Source: the human T2T-CHM13v2.0 reference genome, Homo sapiens
Strand: one strand, 5' to 3'
Assembly (NCBI RefSeq): GCF_009914755.1
Contig: NC_060934.1
Length of the DNA: 64,000 nt
This document shows, one piece after another, positions 1 to 15,763 of the stretch (position 1 is the stretch's first letter; each line of letters starts with the position of its first letter). The notes under the pieces are model-generated. The model was not told where the DNA came from. It made no database searches and saw only the letters and a program-made list of their open reading frames with translations. The position numbers were made by a program, and so were the translations under genes.

Positions 1-85
1 AACAGGGATCCTCTTGACAATAGCTCAGAGCCAGGGCAGAGGGACACCTAAAGTGAGAAAGAGATATTAGTAAAGAAACAATAAG

Positions 86-400
86 GGCCAGGTGCGGTGG
101 TTCACACCTGTAATCCCAGCACTTTGGGAGGCCGGGCAGACCAAGAGGTCAGGAGATCAAGACCATCCTGGCTAACATGGTGAAACCCCATCTCTACTAA
201 AAATACAAAAATTAGCTGGGCATGGTGGCAGGTGCCTGTAGTCCCAGCTACTCGGGAGGCTGAGGCAGGAGAATGGGTGAACCTGGGAGGTGGAGCTTGC
301 AATAAGCGGAGATTGTGCCACCACACTCCAGCCTGGGCGACAGAGTGAGACAACGTCTAAAAAAAAAAAAAGAAAAGAAAAAGAAAAAGAAAAAAAGAAA
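86..400 (+). mobile_element. Alu (AluY/Sc-like)
   Basis: GGCCAGGTGCGGTGG start, two arms, A/GAAAA tail. Confidence 0.95.
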
Positions 401-589
401 CAACAAAACACAATCTAGAATTGAGCTTATTCACCTTCATTAGCACACTACAGTAATAATTGCTGTAGGCAAGATTGGCTATGAATACTATAGTAGGCAA
501 AACGCATGTTCTCAACGTATCTCTCCAAAATCTTGATCAATTTTCTGGTTATATTAACATATGTTCACACACTTTTTGATACTTATCCT

Positions 590-1320
590 GCCAGGAGTTA
601 GAGCTTAATTCTCCTTCCTTTGAGTGTGGGCTGAACTTAGTTACTTGCTTCCAACAAACAGAGTATGGGACAAGAAAAAGAGTAACTTTTCAATGGAGAA
701 ATCTGGGAGCTTCCAACAAATAGAGTACGGGACAAGAAAAAAAGTAACTTTGCAATGGAGAAACCTGGGAGACGCCCCCTTCACCAAGTGATCAAAGTTA
801 ACATCATCAGTAATAAGACATATTGATATCTTGTACTCCTTGATATGAGGTGATGAGAAGGGTACATCATTTCTTTGATATTCTTCCCAACAATCTATAA
901 CCCTGTAATCATGAGAAAATATCAGACTAACTAACCCAATTTGAGGGGCACTCTACAAAATACCTGACTAGTACTCTTCAAAACTGTCCAGGTCATCAGA
1001 GACAAGGAAAGACGGAGGAACTCCTATGGATTTGAAGAGACTAAAAAGACATGAAAAATAAATGCAATTTGGGATTCTGGATTGTACCCTGGGTCAGGAA
1101 AAAAAAAAGCGGGGGATATTAGTAGAAAATCTGGAGAAAACCAGACAGTCTCTATTTTAGTTCACTGTTTTTTACCAATGTTAATTTTTTATTGGTAAAC
1201 ATTGCACCATGGTAATGTAAGATGTTAACATTAGGTAAAGCTGGGTGAATAGGATATGGGAACTCTCTGTATTATCTTTGTAATTGTTCTGCAATTCTAA
1301 AATTATTTTTAAATAAAAGA
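590..1320 (+). mobile_element. Old L1 3' region (L1MC/L1MD-like)
   Basis: Resembles recalled L1MC/MD 3' UTR motifs (ccaagtgatcaaagttaacatc, ctacaaaatacctgactagtactcttcaaaactgtc, gggaactctctgtattatctttg); ends in aaataaaa. Confidence 0.7.
647..770. repeat. Tandem duplication, 2 x 62 bp
   Basis: gcttccaacaaa...ctggga at 647-708 and 709-770, about 5 mismatches. Confidence 0.95.
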
Positions 1321-2629
1321 GGAAAAAAATCCTATGCCCAAATCTTATTAAGGACATGAATTAGAGCAAAGCCACAATTTCCTACAAAGAGGAAAGTAAT
1401 CTATTCAGTAAGTCAGCCTCATCACATGGAATGGACTGGTTATACTGTCATTAAAGAAGGTAAACAACTGTATCACTTCAGCTGTCTTATATTTATGATT
1501 CAGGCATTTCGACAATCACAAAATAATTAAGCTACTTCATTTTTCAAAAAAGTGTTAAGGTTGTTTTAGTGGCTCTTATTTCTGGGATGTTTTTATTTTT
1601 GATTTATTCATAAGTAGAAAACAATGCTGACAGCCAGCGTTCTTATTTATTCTTGGGCTTCCCTGGTTACCACAGACAGAACCTGATAGCAGATGACAAC
1701 ATAAAGATGTTGGGTCCAGGAGCTGCTGAAATGTGAGGTCAAATGTGAGGCTTGTGCCTGATGTGGTTGTCTGCTATGTCTCTTTTGGATTCCTCTCTCT
1801 TAGGCATCTCGCTTTCCTTGACTACTCAATTACTCAGGAAGGCCAACTGATCATAGAAGGCAATGGAAGAGCTGGTTTGTTCCCTGGGATGGTGAAGCAG
1901 AAGCTATCCCAAGTGCATAAATATTCTAACAGGTTTCATCCTGTCACAATAGAGTCATAAAATTGCTCTGTTCAGCACATGATAATGGCTTTGTAATTCA
2001 ATTATTGGTAGTATTTGTCTTCTGGGATTTAGCTGCCTTAAACTTCAGCACTCATGTAAAACCCTTTACCATAAATCTCATAAACGCAGGTTCTGTCCCT
2101 CACCCCAGGGCACATCTTGCCATGCCTGTGAAAACCTTGACAGCTTTCTCTAAATTATAGAATTGTCCTGTTTAGAGGTGTTGATGTTTTAAGTGCCAGA
2201 GTCAACAATAAAAAATAGTGGGACAGCTCCATTTCCTCTAGTTATTCTCTTTAGAGGAAGACAGATCCTGACAGACAGACCAAGTTCCATTCCCAAACCA
2301 AAATGATGTTTCCATCCATTTCTCTAGCATTTTTTAGAAGAGATTCCTGCAAGTCATAGGGGGTCAGATGAGATGTCTTCTAAGTTATCTTTGATCCTGA
2401 GATTCCGATGCATAAATACATCAGGGCTCATCACCTACATAGATTCACTAGTCTTACAGTTGGTTTTAGAATTTTCCTCTATCTACTCTGCCTTTCTTTT
2501 GTGCTCAGTCAAATAAGTCAACCTTCAGTTTTTGGGTCTTCTCTACTCTTCTGTCTTGAATTTAGCATTCTGCATCTCGGTAGTTATCTACTATGACAAC
2601 CCTATTTAACCTTCAATTTGAAAATGTAC

Positions 2630-2895
2630 TTAAAGATACAACATGACAGATAGATAGGAAGCATAAGTGCTCGTGTTCTATAGCACAACAGGGTGACTAC
2701 AGTTAACAATAATCTATTATATATTTTCCAATAGCAAGAGGAGAGGATATAGAATGATCCCAGCCCAAAGAAATAAATGTTTGAGAAGATGGATATGCTA
2801 ATTACTCTGATCCGATAACTATATATATATGTATCCCATAAATATGTACTATTACGTGTCAATTGAAATATTAAAATAAATAAAATGAATAAATA
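2630..2895 (+). mobile_element. L1MA-type 3' end fragment
   Basis: gtgttctatagcac...agggtgactacagttaacaataat...gatggatatgctaattac...cccataaatatgtac, followed by an A-rich tail. Confidence 0.8.
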
Positions 2896-2959
2896 ATGCC
2901 ACCTCATTCCCATCATCTGTCCTACATTTTTCACTCACTCAGAAAATATTTATTGAGCA

Positions 2960-3630
2960 CCTCTTCCATCCATTCCAAAATGCAAATTTTTTCTCATTTT
3001 AACATCTTGTACATCAGTAGGTATCTTATGATTGTTCAAATGTTATACAGGCATACTTTGATTGCACTTCTTTTTATTGCTCTTCATAGATACTGAGTTT
3101 TTTTGTTTTGTTTTGTTTGTTTTTTACAAATAGAAGGTTTGTGGCAGCCCTTCATGCAGCAATTCTATCAGTGCCATTTTTCCAAAAGCACGTGCTCACT
3201 TCATGTCTCCGTGCCACATTTTGCTAATTTTTGCAATATTTCAAACTTTTTCATGATTATAACATCTGTTACGGCGATGTGTGGTCAGTGATCTTTGATG
3301 TGACTATTGTGATTGTTTTTGAGTGCCACAAACAACAACCATATAAGACTGCAAACTTAATTGATGCAAACTTAATTGCAAACTTAATGGCATGTGTGTT
3401 CTGATGGCTCCACAGACCAGCGATTCCCCCATCTCTCTCCCTCTCCTCAGGCCTCCCTATTCCCCGAGATGCAAGAATATTGCAACATTCACTTATTCGT
3501 GCTAGTCTGGAACGAAACCCACAATATATCTTAGATATACCTGTAGTTTAATTGGCAGCATTTTTTTTTGCTGATACATAAAATAATAATGCACCTCCAT
3601 TTGATGAAAATTTAGACTTTATGATAACAT
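2960..3630. mobile_element. MER104-like Tc2 MITE split by a Tigger1 insertion
   Basis: Left part (ttttctcattttaacatc) and right part (tagtttaattggcagcattttttt...acataaaataat) resemble the two halves of the recalled MER104 consensus. Confidence 0.55.
3048..3543 (+). mobile_element. Internally deleted Tigger1 DNA transposon
   Basis: TA|CAGGCATAC ... GATATACCTG|TA terminal inverted repeats with TA target duplication; interior resembles the Tigger1 left end joined to the right end. Confidence 0.85.
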
Positions 3631-5397
3631 TACATGCCACCAACTGTTCTAGGCACTTTGCTGTCTCTGCTCTGTGGTCAATTTCTTCTTACACCTGTGT
3701 GTGAGTGTGTGTAACAATCCTTTCCTTTTGTCTTCTTCTCCCACATTTACCTATGTTTTCTGCAGAAAATATGTCAATATTGATTATATTGACTAATCCT
3801 ACATCTCAGCATTTTGCTTTCAGGATATAGAAAGGGGAAGCATGACTCAACCAGAGGAGGAATATTACCTAAATATACATAATGTGGCATACACAAATGA
3901 TTTCATTTTGGGGAAAGTTATTTATCACATTTAAGTTATGGAGGAACAGAAATGCCATCATGCTAGGTAGAAGCATAATTTTGCTTTTGCTTTTATTTGG
4001 GAGTTATACATGGTTTCAAAATACCTGCACAGGTGACAAGTTTTCAAAGGATAGACTGTGATTTACTTCTGCCTGAACTATATTTCTCAGAGTCTCTGTA
4101 AGGTTTCATATTACAATTCACCAATAGGAAATATGAGATTTGGAAGGCAGGAAAGGGGCGCAGTCAATTCCTTCCAAGACTCATTTTAGTTAGAGGTAGT
4201 GAGAGGCAGATGCAGATGTCCCGACAGGTTCTAGTTTGTCCTTGTTCTTCTCTTCCCAATTCCATGCCCAGTTTTACTTGAGACTGCCCGCCTTGTGACC
4301 TCAGGCCCCAAACCTGCTTGGCTGCAAACTCACTGAGCAGTAGCTATGCAGGGAAAATATCCTTCCATATGCTTCCTTAGGCATTCTCTTTGCAGTCCTA
4401 CCTAAGCAGCTGCAAGCCCCTTTATGGAAGGAACTGTGTTTCCTACATCTTTGTGGCCAGAATTTGGCCTGTAAAATCACTCCATTGAAACTAATTAAAT
4501 GAGTTGAATAATATAAAATTGAGAAGCTACAAATAAAACCTTCAGCTGATTTTCTATCCACTGTTCCTGATTCTGGACAACAAAGAAGTAAAATACATGC
4601 ACACATTAAAAATTCCCATTGAAAATATAAATTATTCAATCGAATCAAAATGAGATTGCCACATTTCAGAAACACATTAATATCCAACTCTTCCCTATTC
4701 CTCCTTTTAGCAGCAGTTAACATTTACTCATCACATATGTAACCAACCTGAATGATCTCATTTTAATCCTTACAATGAGTATACGAGGAAGATACTCTTA
4801 TGAGGACCATTTTACTGATGAATACTGTAAGGCTTAAAGAAGTTAATTAAAGAGCTCAATGTCACACCCCTTGAAAACAGGATTCTGGCAAAGGTATTCT
4901 GACTCCAGAACTCCAATTTTTACACATTAAACACCATCTCCTATTGACTAAAGGCAACATTCAAAATCGATGATTGAATGAACAAGGATAAGCATACAAA
5001 GACGTGAAGCAAACTTAGAGGCCCTTAATTTGAAAGCTAAGTGAGGTGTGATCACTAGGGCCAAGTAAACTCCTCCTAATAAAATTATAAATTAAGAAGA
5101 CACAATTATGAGGATTTTTTTTCCCTCTTACCCTCACTCATGGTAATCACTTGCATTCTGCCATCATAGGAATTCTTAGTGAAGTCTCGAGAAGTGACTG
5201 AATATTGTTCAAAGATAGAGAAGCTGCAGCCTATGGGGACAGGCATCATCAAGATAAGGATCACAGGAATCAGTGATGGCCATTAGTGAATGAAGGTCGC
5301 ATGAAAAGTGATGGGCTCACACTGCAGAAGGGGAAATTTAACTTAATTTGAAGGTAAAACTTGCTAATCACAGGAAAAGATTAAGAAGTGGAGGAGG

Positions 5398-6080
<683 letters not shown>

Positions 6081-8789
6081 TCATTAACAATAAAAAAAGA
6101 AGAAGAAATACCACGCCTCTCAAGGTAATAAAAATTTTCTTATCTAGCACTCCTAGTGCAGGCACTAGAAACGCCTCAGTAGACCTTGGGAAGGGATCTC
6201 TGGGAAGATTCTCTGCCACTTCTCCCTGCTCCTTATCCAAACCATACAGGATTCTACTCAGAGGGCAGGGGCTCAGAATTAGAAGAGACTGCCTCAGAGA
6301 ATTAGGGAAAGTGTAAAAGAAGAGCGAACAAAGTCCATTCTCAAAGAAAAGGGCTTTCTGAGTTCTTCTCCTGAACTCCATATTCTGAAATGTATCAAGA
6401 CCTGTCAAAATCAGCAGTAAAGGACAGGCTCGCACTGTGAGAGCAGTCTAGGATGAGTCTTTCTGTTTTTGCTTGAATTTCTCTGGTTACAGGGATCTCA
6501 TTACTCCTTAGGACAGCCTAAGGAGTTAATAAATAGCCTAGTGCATGGAAAAGTGTGCCTTTCATGGATCTAAAATTTTCATTCCTTCAATATATATACT
6601 CCAGTGATTTAGAATTCTGGCATTTTCATGCTAGAGGGAAATACAGAGGTTACCTACTATAGCTCTCTAATTTAACTAATGAGGTCTACTCAAGATATTT
6701 CAGTCTCTGCGTTGATGGATTTACATGTGTACATGTACAAGCATGTGTAAATCTGATGAATTTTAGTACCCTGTGTGTGTGTATGCACAAGTTTCTGCTG
6801 CTCTATTTACTGTAGTACACAAGATAGAAATATGTTAAAGGCAGAGCCTTGAACCTTAAAAAACTTATCTTCTAGAAGGAAATGAAAAGAAGACAATAAA
6901 GAAATATATATGGAGAACATACTAAGTGCTAAGTTACTTAATGGTAATAATGATAATATGTCATTTTTAATGCTAAAAATAAGACTTTGTAGCAGGAAAT
7001 TGAAGCTTGGGCAGGTGAAATTGTTTCTTGGAATCACCTAGTTAGTTAATAGTAAAGCTAGAAATTTACACCTGAATATGTTCATCCTAAATCCATGCTT
7101 TTCCTACCAATCACATATATAGAGCTGCAATCTGGTACATGGTATGATATATTACATTTTATCTGTGACATCATCACATTTAAATTCAGAGAAGAAAGAG
7201 ATTTCTTTTGTCCCCAAAAGCAGGAAGAACTAAAGAAGGCTCCATGGCACAGGTGGGCTTTCGTATACGGCCAGAAAGATCCACTGTGATCCTAATAAAT
7301 GACAAAAATCCTCACACAGCATCTTTGTATTCAAAGACTAAAACTGTCCTGGCTCATAATAGGTGCTAAAAATTAATCATTGCTAAAATAAATAAGGACA
7401 GATATAAGAAGTATTGACAGATCCATAGACTTACTAGTGCTTACTATTACTTACCTGGACTCCTGGAATTTAGCATACAGAATTAGAGTGGGTAGTAGGT
7501 CAGAAAAAGTACATTCAACCCCACAATGGCAAGAACCTAGTTAGATTCTTCCTCTTCAATTTATGTTGCAAACAATGAGGAATGAGACAAATATTTGATT
7601 GGGGAGACACAAGAGTCCTTGGGCAGTGATATAGGAAGATGAATGGAGAGGCTTTTTCATTATTTCTCATTGGGGTGTTGGTGGTGGAGCTAAACCAGGG
7701 TAATGCTAAGGAGAATGGGGGAGGAAGTGGGCAGGGATAATACTATGAGGGAAGAACTGACACAACTTGGAAATCCACATATTTAAGAAGAGGTAAGACA
7801 GCAGAGATAAATATGACCCAAGAGTATTCACACTGGGATATGAGGAATCAGGAAATATGGAAGCCTATTTTTAAAAAGCTGATTCTAAATGGTAAGATAT
7901 TCCACTGCCACCGCAACATAAATTGAAAGTGAGTGATGGTATTCATTTTGAAGTTTTTTGCAGACAGTGACCTGCTTCATAGCTTTGAGTAAGAGATGAG
8001 GCAGAGTATCTTGGAAAAAAAAAAAGCCATACCCCCTTCCTAATATATTATCGGTATATCTGGTCATTTTTATCTAATAGAGTTTTATGCTCTTTCTCTC
8101 CTTTTTTTGTAACCTTTTTAGACTTCATCCTATTTCCAGTTTGCAGAACCTGGAGAAGGAAAAATGCAGAGGCTCAGTCTCTTGTTACTGAATCCACTAA
8201 ATTCACCAGGGGGCAGGAAGAGGAAAGAGTTACAGCCATCTCGCGCCACATTCTCTAAGTCTCTTTGGTGTGGGTGGCTTAGAGAAGTCTTAGGGGTACT
8301 GTGCTGAATAGCTGGTATATCTGAAGGAGGAAGAGGAATGGCCATGGTGACCTCGTGTGTATATAACAAACTATCAAACAATAATAAGAGGGATAAAAAC
8401 CTGAAGTTGGCTCGGCAGCAATATTCAACAAGGCCTTGAGAATGAATGGTAATGATACGAGTCAGAATCAGAGAGAGAGAGAGGCTATTTTATATTCTGG
8501 AGTGTTTTCTGATCATGGACAGGTATGTTAGCAAAAGTTTATGAAGCTGCCTCTTTCGTGTCAGCCTTGATACTCAAGGTTAGAGGAGAAAATTTGGGGC
8601 AGCGATAATAGGCCAGGTATATTAAAAAAAAAAAAAAGTCACTTCAAGGACTAGCGGTGAGGCCCAGTGGATATGGATAAAGTATCTGCCAGTGTAGGAG
8701 TTTTACGTAAGAAGAGAACTCAAGCTCAAAAGCCAGACTTTATTGGTCCATAGCACAGTGGGCGCCATGAAGATACACTGGAGGTAGAT

Positions 8790-9545
8790 TATAGCATAGT
8801 GTGCAGATAACACAGGCTCTCTAGCCAGACATACCTGGGTTTAAATTTCATTACTATTGTCTACTAGTGGGAAACATTAGGCAAAATTATATAAGATTGT
8901 GTTTATTTATTTACCTTATTTATTTCTCCTCTGAAAAAGAGGACTGAAACATCTCTGGATAATGGGTACCTCTTGTTGATGCCTTCGCATTATCTTCCCC
9001 ACGTCTTTTGGTAAAAGCACCTTAGTCTCTCCTGGGGCATCATATTCCTTACTTTCTGTCCATGTGGTTTAGTAAAGTTGATTCTAGCCCGAGGTCTATC
9101 TATGGGCATTTTACCTAATCAGAGCCCATAAGATTTAATGCTAGGAGTTTTTCTGGAACAAGCAAGAAGTCCTTTTCTTTAACATTGGAGTGAATTGGGA
9201 AGATAGAAGCTTCTAGAGGCCACTGCAAAGAGATATTTTGCCCAAGTGAAGCTAAAACAGAGGAAAGGAGAGTGGAATGATGGGGAGAGATCAAGCTCTT
9301 ATGCCTTTAAGAAGCCTATGGATACAGTGGAGTCTAATAAAGTTCCTTCTGACTTTCCAGACCCATAAGCCAATATCTCTTTAAAATTTTTTTCTTCTTA
9401 AAACAGGATGCATTTTTCTATCACATATCTTGAAAGAGTCTTGATCAATAAACTATTTCACATCAATTATTTGAGGATTGATTTAAACGATATATGCAAA
9501 ATACTTAGCACAAGGCTTGGCACACAGTAAATGCTCAACAAATGG
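8790..9545 (+). mobile_element. MIR split by an MLT1 (MLT1K-like) LTR at about 8975-9450
   Basis: MIR 5' part (ccagacatacctgggtttaaat) and 3' part (cttagcacaaggcttggcacacagtaaatgctcaa) flank MaLR-like sequence. Confidence 0.6.
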
Positions 9546-10524
9546 GACTTGTTGAAAAAGATGGGGAATGGGAAGTCATTCACATTGACTGGCATTGAAC
9601 TGTGGGGAAGAATGAGAATGTGTATACATGCTGAAATGCACTGAGTATAGCATAAGGATAAACATTTATCCTTCTGCTATATAATACAGATGTCATATAA
9701 CTCCCGGAGGGACATCCTTGAAACATAGCTGGCATTCCAAAATAACAAAGGTTCATTGCTGAGTCAGCTCTTGATTTTCCATGTGTGAATTAGTCACAGA
9801 AAATATGTATCACCATTCAGCTGTCCCTATTTCAAGCCAGCTGTCTGTATGTCAGAGCAACATAATCAATAAGGTAAGGCTGAACCTATTTTTAATTAAG
9901 TGAAACAGCCCCAAGATTGCATTGTCTTTTGCATAATTAATAGGTTGCTGAAGAGTTTCTAATGAGAAATGCCTTCCATTGCTTTATACTAAACTTGACT
10001 CAGATCCTAACAAACCACACTCACCATCCTCCAGTAGAGAATTTGGCTTTTGGCAGGAGGTTTCCTTATTTAAGGCATTTGGATACCACTGATCGTCCAC
10101 CACCATGTTCTTTGTTCAGTGTCAAATGCGGCACCTTAGCTTTTACCTACTGAAGTGCTAAACTAAAATACAATTTCAAAATTTAAAGTTTTTTCTCCTG
10201 TCTTTTATTGGAGGATGAGAAGGGAGTAAGTCTTGAATTTGAACTGATCTTTCAAAACCTGGCTGTTACAAATTATGTGTTATGTTGGATAAACAACATC
10301 ACTTCACTTTTCTGTTTCATCAGAATGGGGATAATAACCGCTACCATATAATCTTGTTAAGAGGATCAAATAGCATGATTATCATGTGGCTAGCTAGACC
10401 AATGTAGTTACTCAACAAATATAAATCCCCTGATGGAATTATATCCTTATGACACTCAGTTCTCCCATCTCTATATTTTTTCCCTAAGAAGAAAACCCAT
10501 CTTCCCTTACAGTAACATAATCTT

Positions 10525-10547
10525 TGTGTGTGTGTGTGTGTGTGTGT
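10525..10547. repeat. (TG)n microsatellite
   Basis: About 11 TG units. Confidence 0.95.
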
Positions 10548-10786
10548 CTTTTTTTCCCTTTTTAGGAATTACATTTCCTCCAACCTTGAACCATGCAGTT
10601 TGATTAGGTCTCAACCCCAGACTGTATTTCAATTCTTGGGGTAGATATGTGTCTGACCTACATGAGTAATGAATTATCTTGTATGTCCTTGATCCAAGCC
10701 AGGCCTCTCAGATTCAATCCCTGGAAATAGAGAAAAAGAGACAGACTGGCTTGATGGGGCTTCTAAGCTGTTAAAATGTAAGCCTA

Positions 10787-11097
<311 letters not shown>

Positions 11098-11635
11098 CTA
11101 AAGCTGCTAGTGTCCACTGCTGTCACAAAATGGGGAAAGCAAACCTGATCATAAGACAACACAAAGAAAAACAAAACTAATAGAGATAGAAATAGATATG
11201 AATAATATTAACACTGGTAGCCAGTGGGCATTCAATATGGTTCTTAGGCACAAGGCATGTAACCAACTCACAAGAAGCATCTCATTTGATGAAGTAGGTA
11301 TTAATTATTTTACAGGGGAAAAAACTGAGTCACACAGAAGTTATGTAACTTCCCCATGATTTTTTTACTTAGTAAATGGCAATGCTAGAAAGTAAACCTC
11401 AGTGTCCTTGAACCCCTTGACCTGCAAGTTGTACTGCCTCCCAATATAATTGATTTCCAGCACAGGAAAGAACAAGACCACTGTTGCTGTCAGTTAAATT
11501 AAAAGGACACCTATTCTATTAATGGTAATATTATGCTGTCTCTTACATGATGTCCTATATATGTAAGTCAGTTTTAGAAACAATCTGAACTCCTTGGAGG
11601 AAAGTTCTTATTTATGGTTGCTATGGTAGTATTAA

Positions 11636-12037
11636 TAAAACCAGCTCAATACTCCCATACACTGTTCTTTTAGATAAACATAGAAATTGACCCTTCTGCT
11701 GTTAAAGCTTGAAACTTGTATTTGTTTTATCTGAGTTCCTTCCTCAGGAAAGGATCTTCAAGCCTCTCAAAAAAAAAGTATTAAAGAACTGAAACTCACC
11801 AGATCATGAACCAGATGCCTCCTTGCCCCTCCCTAGTTCCTGTTTTACACCCTGTTACATTGATTTCCTGCTATATAAACCCATACTTTTAGCCAGGGAG
11901 ATGGATTTGAGACTGAGCCCCCGTCTCCTTGGCTGCAGCACCTGATTAAAGCCTTCTTCTTTGGCAATACTTGCTGTCTCAGTGACTGGCTTTGTGTGCA
12001 GTAGGGTCTTGACCAAACCTCCAGTGCTTTGGTAACA
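11636..12037 (+). mobile_element. ERV1 solo LTR (MER66-like; family name uncertain)
   Basis: TATA box (ctatataaac), ATTAAA signal, ends GGTAACA; clearly homologous to the LTR at 45199-45652. Confidence 0.8.
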
Positions 12038-12744
12038 TTATCAGAAACCACTGTGATAACGTAAGAATAAGCTGTTGCATGCCATAATTATTTCACAATT
12101 GCTATTTATTACTTCCAGGGGTGGCATGACCATTGCTACCAGAAATAAAAATAATTATCAATATGTTAGGTGATGAGGAAAAAATATGAATTTGCCTTCA
12201 TTTCTTCTCTAGGGAAATTCTATGTTATTACCCATGGTAACTTAACAATTTGATTTAACACTAGAGAAATCTCCCTCAGTCCCATACACACCCCCAATAG
12301 CCAGGTTCCAAGCAGAAATGATTAAAGGAGGTTTCTTTTAACTACGCTTGCTGAATTATCCTAGATAGCCCCATAGTTCCTACATAATTTGAAGTAACTG
12401 GTTTCCAGAAGTGAGTCTAATAAATATTGCTTTGATTGACAACTTTTCTGTCAGCTTAAGGTAGTTGCTCAGAGTTAGAAAATACAGACCATGTGGGCAG
12501 AGACCGAGATTTTCATCAACAGTCATGGTACTATGCAATTTACGAGTTCCCATGCCTTCTCTAGAAAAATCATCCAAGCTTAAGGAACCCTTGTGAGCCA
12601 TTTGACAAGCACAGTTGGCACTGTGGTCAAAAGAACTTTGGGCTCTCACCACTGATATGCCTGAGTGGGCTAGATTTCCAGGGCTCACAGTCCCAGCCAA
12701 GAACGTAAGGCTAAGAGGCAGAGACAAGAGCATTTGTTGATTTA

Positions 12745-12950
12745 GTAGAGCACAGACTGTGGTGACAGACAGCCTTCATTCAAATTCTGGCTCTGGCACT
12801 TTCCAGCTGGGTAACTTTAGCCAAATTACTTACCTTCTCTATGCCATAGGTTCCCTATCTGTTAATGATGATAATGAGAAGCTTACTTCAGAAGGTTGTT
12901 ATGAGGATTAAATAGCTTAAGTTTAAGTAGTGCTTGTTGCACTACTAAGA
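12745..12950 (+). mobile_element. MIR
   Basis: ttcaaattctggctctggcactt...gttgttatgaggattaaat core. Confidence 0.7.
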
Positions 12951-14931
12951 CGTGAATGGGCAAGATATGTCTGTATTCAAAAACAAAAGAAGGAGGTTTT
13001 ATTTATTTTACTTAACAGATCAATCAGAATTCACATACAATAATGTGTAATGGCTTTTATAAAAATAATTTTATGGCTTTTGATTAGAAGAGCTTTGCTG
13101 ATCAAGCTTTCACATAGAAGATTCCTTCTTCAAGGAATAGGAAAGAAAATATTGCAATTAGCACTGGCGGAAGCAGTGGTGAGGTCTGTTCAGGTTATAA
13201 TAATGCATAAATAAGACCTCTGGTGACATAGAAAACACTGTATATATGTACCATTTACATGGGAAGTGTTCTCATCTCAGTTCCTTTCTCTTGCCCATCC
13301 TTTCAATATTTTTCATTGTTTCTATTGGTAGGAACCAACTTCTGCCAAGCCCTACTTCCTACCCTCTAGTTCTGGGCACCATGTACAGATATTTGCAGTC
13401 ATTTGAAAGTAGGACTTGAGAAAAGATTTGTCCCTCATGCTTTTTCATTAGCAAAGCAGCAACTCCATTTCCAGGATAAACTAGGGGGACAACATTCATT
13501 TATTTCAGTCCTTCATTTGCTTACTTTCTGAGGCCTTTCTATGCACATATAACACCCCCAAAAAGGGAGAGAATGAAAGAAAAAGACATGAACCCTCTCT
13601 TCCATAAACTAACTTTATACTTTACATGTAAAACACACAGAGATGAAGGTTTCTCATGAATACGATACAAAATTAGTAAGAGAGGGAGAAAAAAACGCTG
13701 ACCAGAGAAGGAAGATTCAGTAAGAGACAGAGTTGAGATCCTGGAGAAAGAAGATGTCAATTTGGACTTTAGAAGCAAGGCTCACAGCATCCTGAACAAG
13801 AGCACCAGAGGGAGAGAGGTAAATAAGCTTCTGTGCAACAAAAACCTCCTTTAGTTACAAATGTCTCATTATGATAGGGGAAAAAGTGGTATCTTACCAT
13901 ATAGAAGTCCCTGTGTTATCTCTGAGCCAGTTTGTTTGCAAATAGCTTGTCTAACTTTTTCAGGCAGTTTTGCTAGCTTTTTAAGAGATTTCTCTAATGT
14001 AGTTCTCTGGCTTTCAACTCCCACAGGGGTTTTAGGGCAGTGTTTGAAAATGAGAAAGATAAAAATGCATTCCTCTTAGAAGTTCATATAAAAGCGAAAG
14101 AATTGGAGTGGAGGTGGGAAGCTATTATGTACTTCGGTGATCTATTCTGCCTGTAACTCTAAAGGCTGATGAGAGGCAGTGTGATTTCAGGAGGAATCAA
14201 GAGGAGATACTTTCACTGCCCTCATTACAGGGAGATCATTGGCTCCTAAAAGGTCACTGTCACAGTGATTCTAAATGACATGAATAAAGGATATTTAAAC
14301 TCTTGTCTGAGCCAATTCCTTGTAACACGGTTTATAGTAGTAAAAATCTTGAAACAACCTAAATGTCTTTTCCACAGGCAGATTAGAGAAATTAGGGTAA
14401 GGTAGAATCACGTCTTTTGGCAGGAGGTAGGATGTACATTCAAAGGTATTGATAAATATTAATATCAAAATCACACTAGAATGTTCTGTGCTTTGTTCTT
14501 ACTTTGCCAGAATCTAAGATCTTGGAAACTTAAAAGCCACAGTTAACTTCTGATATTTTTCTTGTTTTCAATTTTACCCACCCATTCCCATGGACACAGC
14601 CACCTCTAGTTTAATTAGGGGGATGAACTGAGGCAGTTAAAGAAAGGAATGCTATTTCCTTTGTCCCTTTCTTTCTCTTGCTGCCCCCTTCTCTCTCTCT
14701 TCACGTATTTCTCTTTTCCCATACACAGATTCCCGCTAACATATATAGTTTATGTTTTGCATTAATTAGGCATAAGATTTACCTCCAATCTATATTTTTA
14801 GAGCAAAATGATATGTAGTTAACTAAAAATAATGATATATGCATAATAAACTGCATCCCTCAAAAAAAACAAGGCATAGAACAGTGTGCACAGCTACCAT
14901 TTATGTAAATGCAAGTATCTCTATCTATATA

Positions 14932-15621
<690 letters not shown>

Positions 15622-15649
15622 ACATACACACAAACACACACACACACTA

Positions 15650-15680
<31 letters not shown>
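15622..15680. repeat. Imperfect (CA)n microsatellite
   Basis: Interrupted CA runs. Confidence 0.9.
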
Positions 15681-15763
15681 TTTGGCAATTCACAGAACAT
15701 TTCTAGAAAGATAATTGAGAAACTAGCAATAGCAACTGTGTCCCACATGACAAGGGGAAGGCC

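Noticed and set aside
4080-4480. Possible ancient ERVL LTR (LTR16/LTR33-like), and a possible hAT relic near 50120-50305
   Set aside because: Resemblance too weak to assign a family or boundaries by eye.
6503-6526. Perfect 10-bp hairpin (also 9 bp at 49102-49124 and 8 bp near 18192-18212)
   Set aside because: A rough estimate gives around one such stem by chance in 64 kb; no RNA-gene context.
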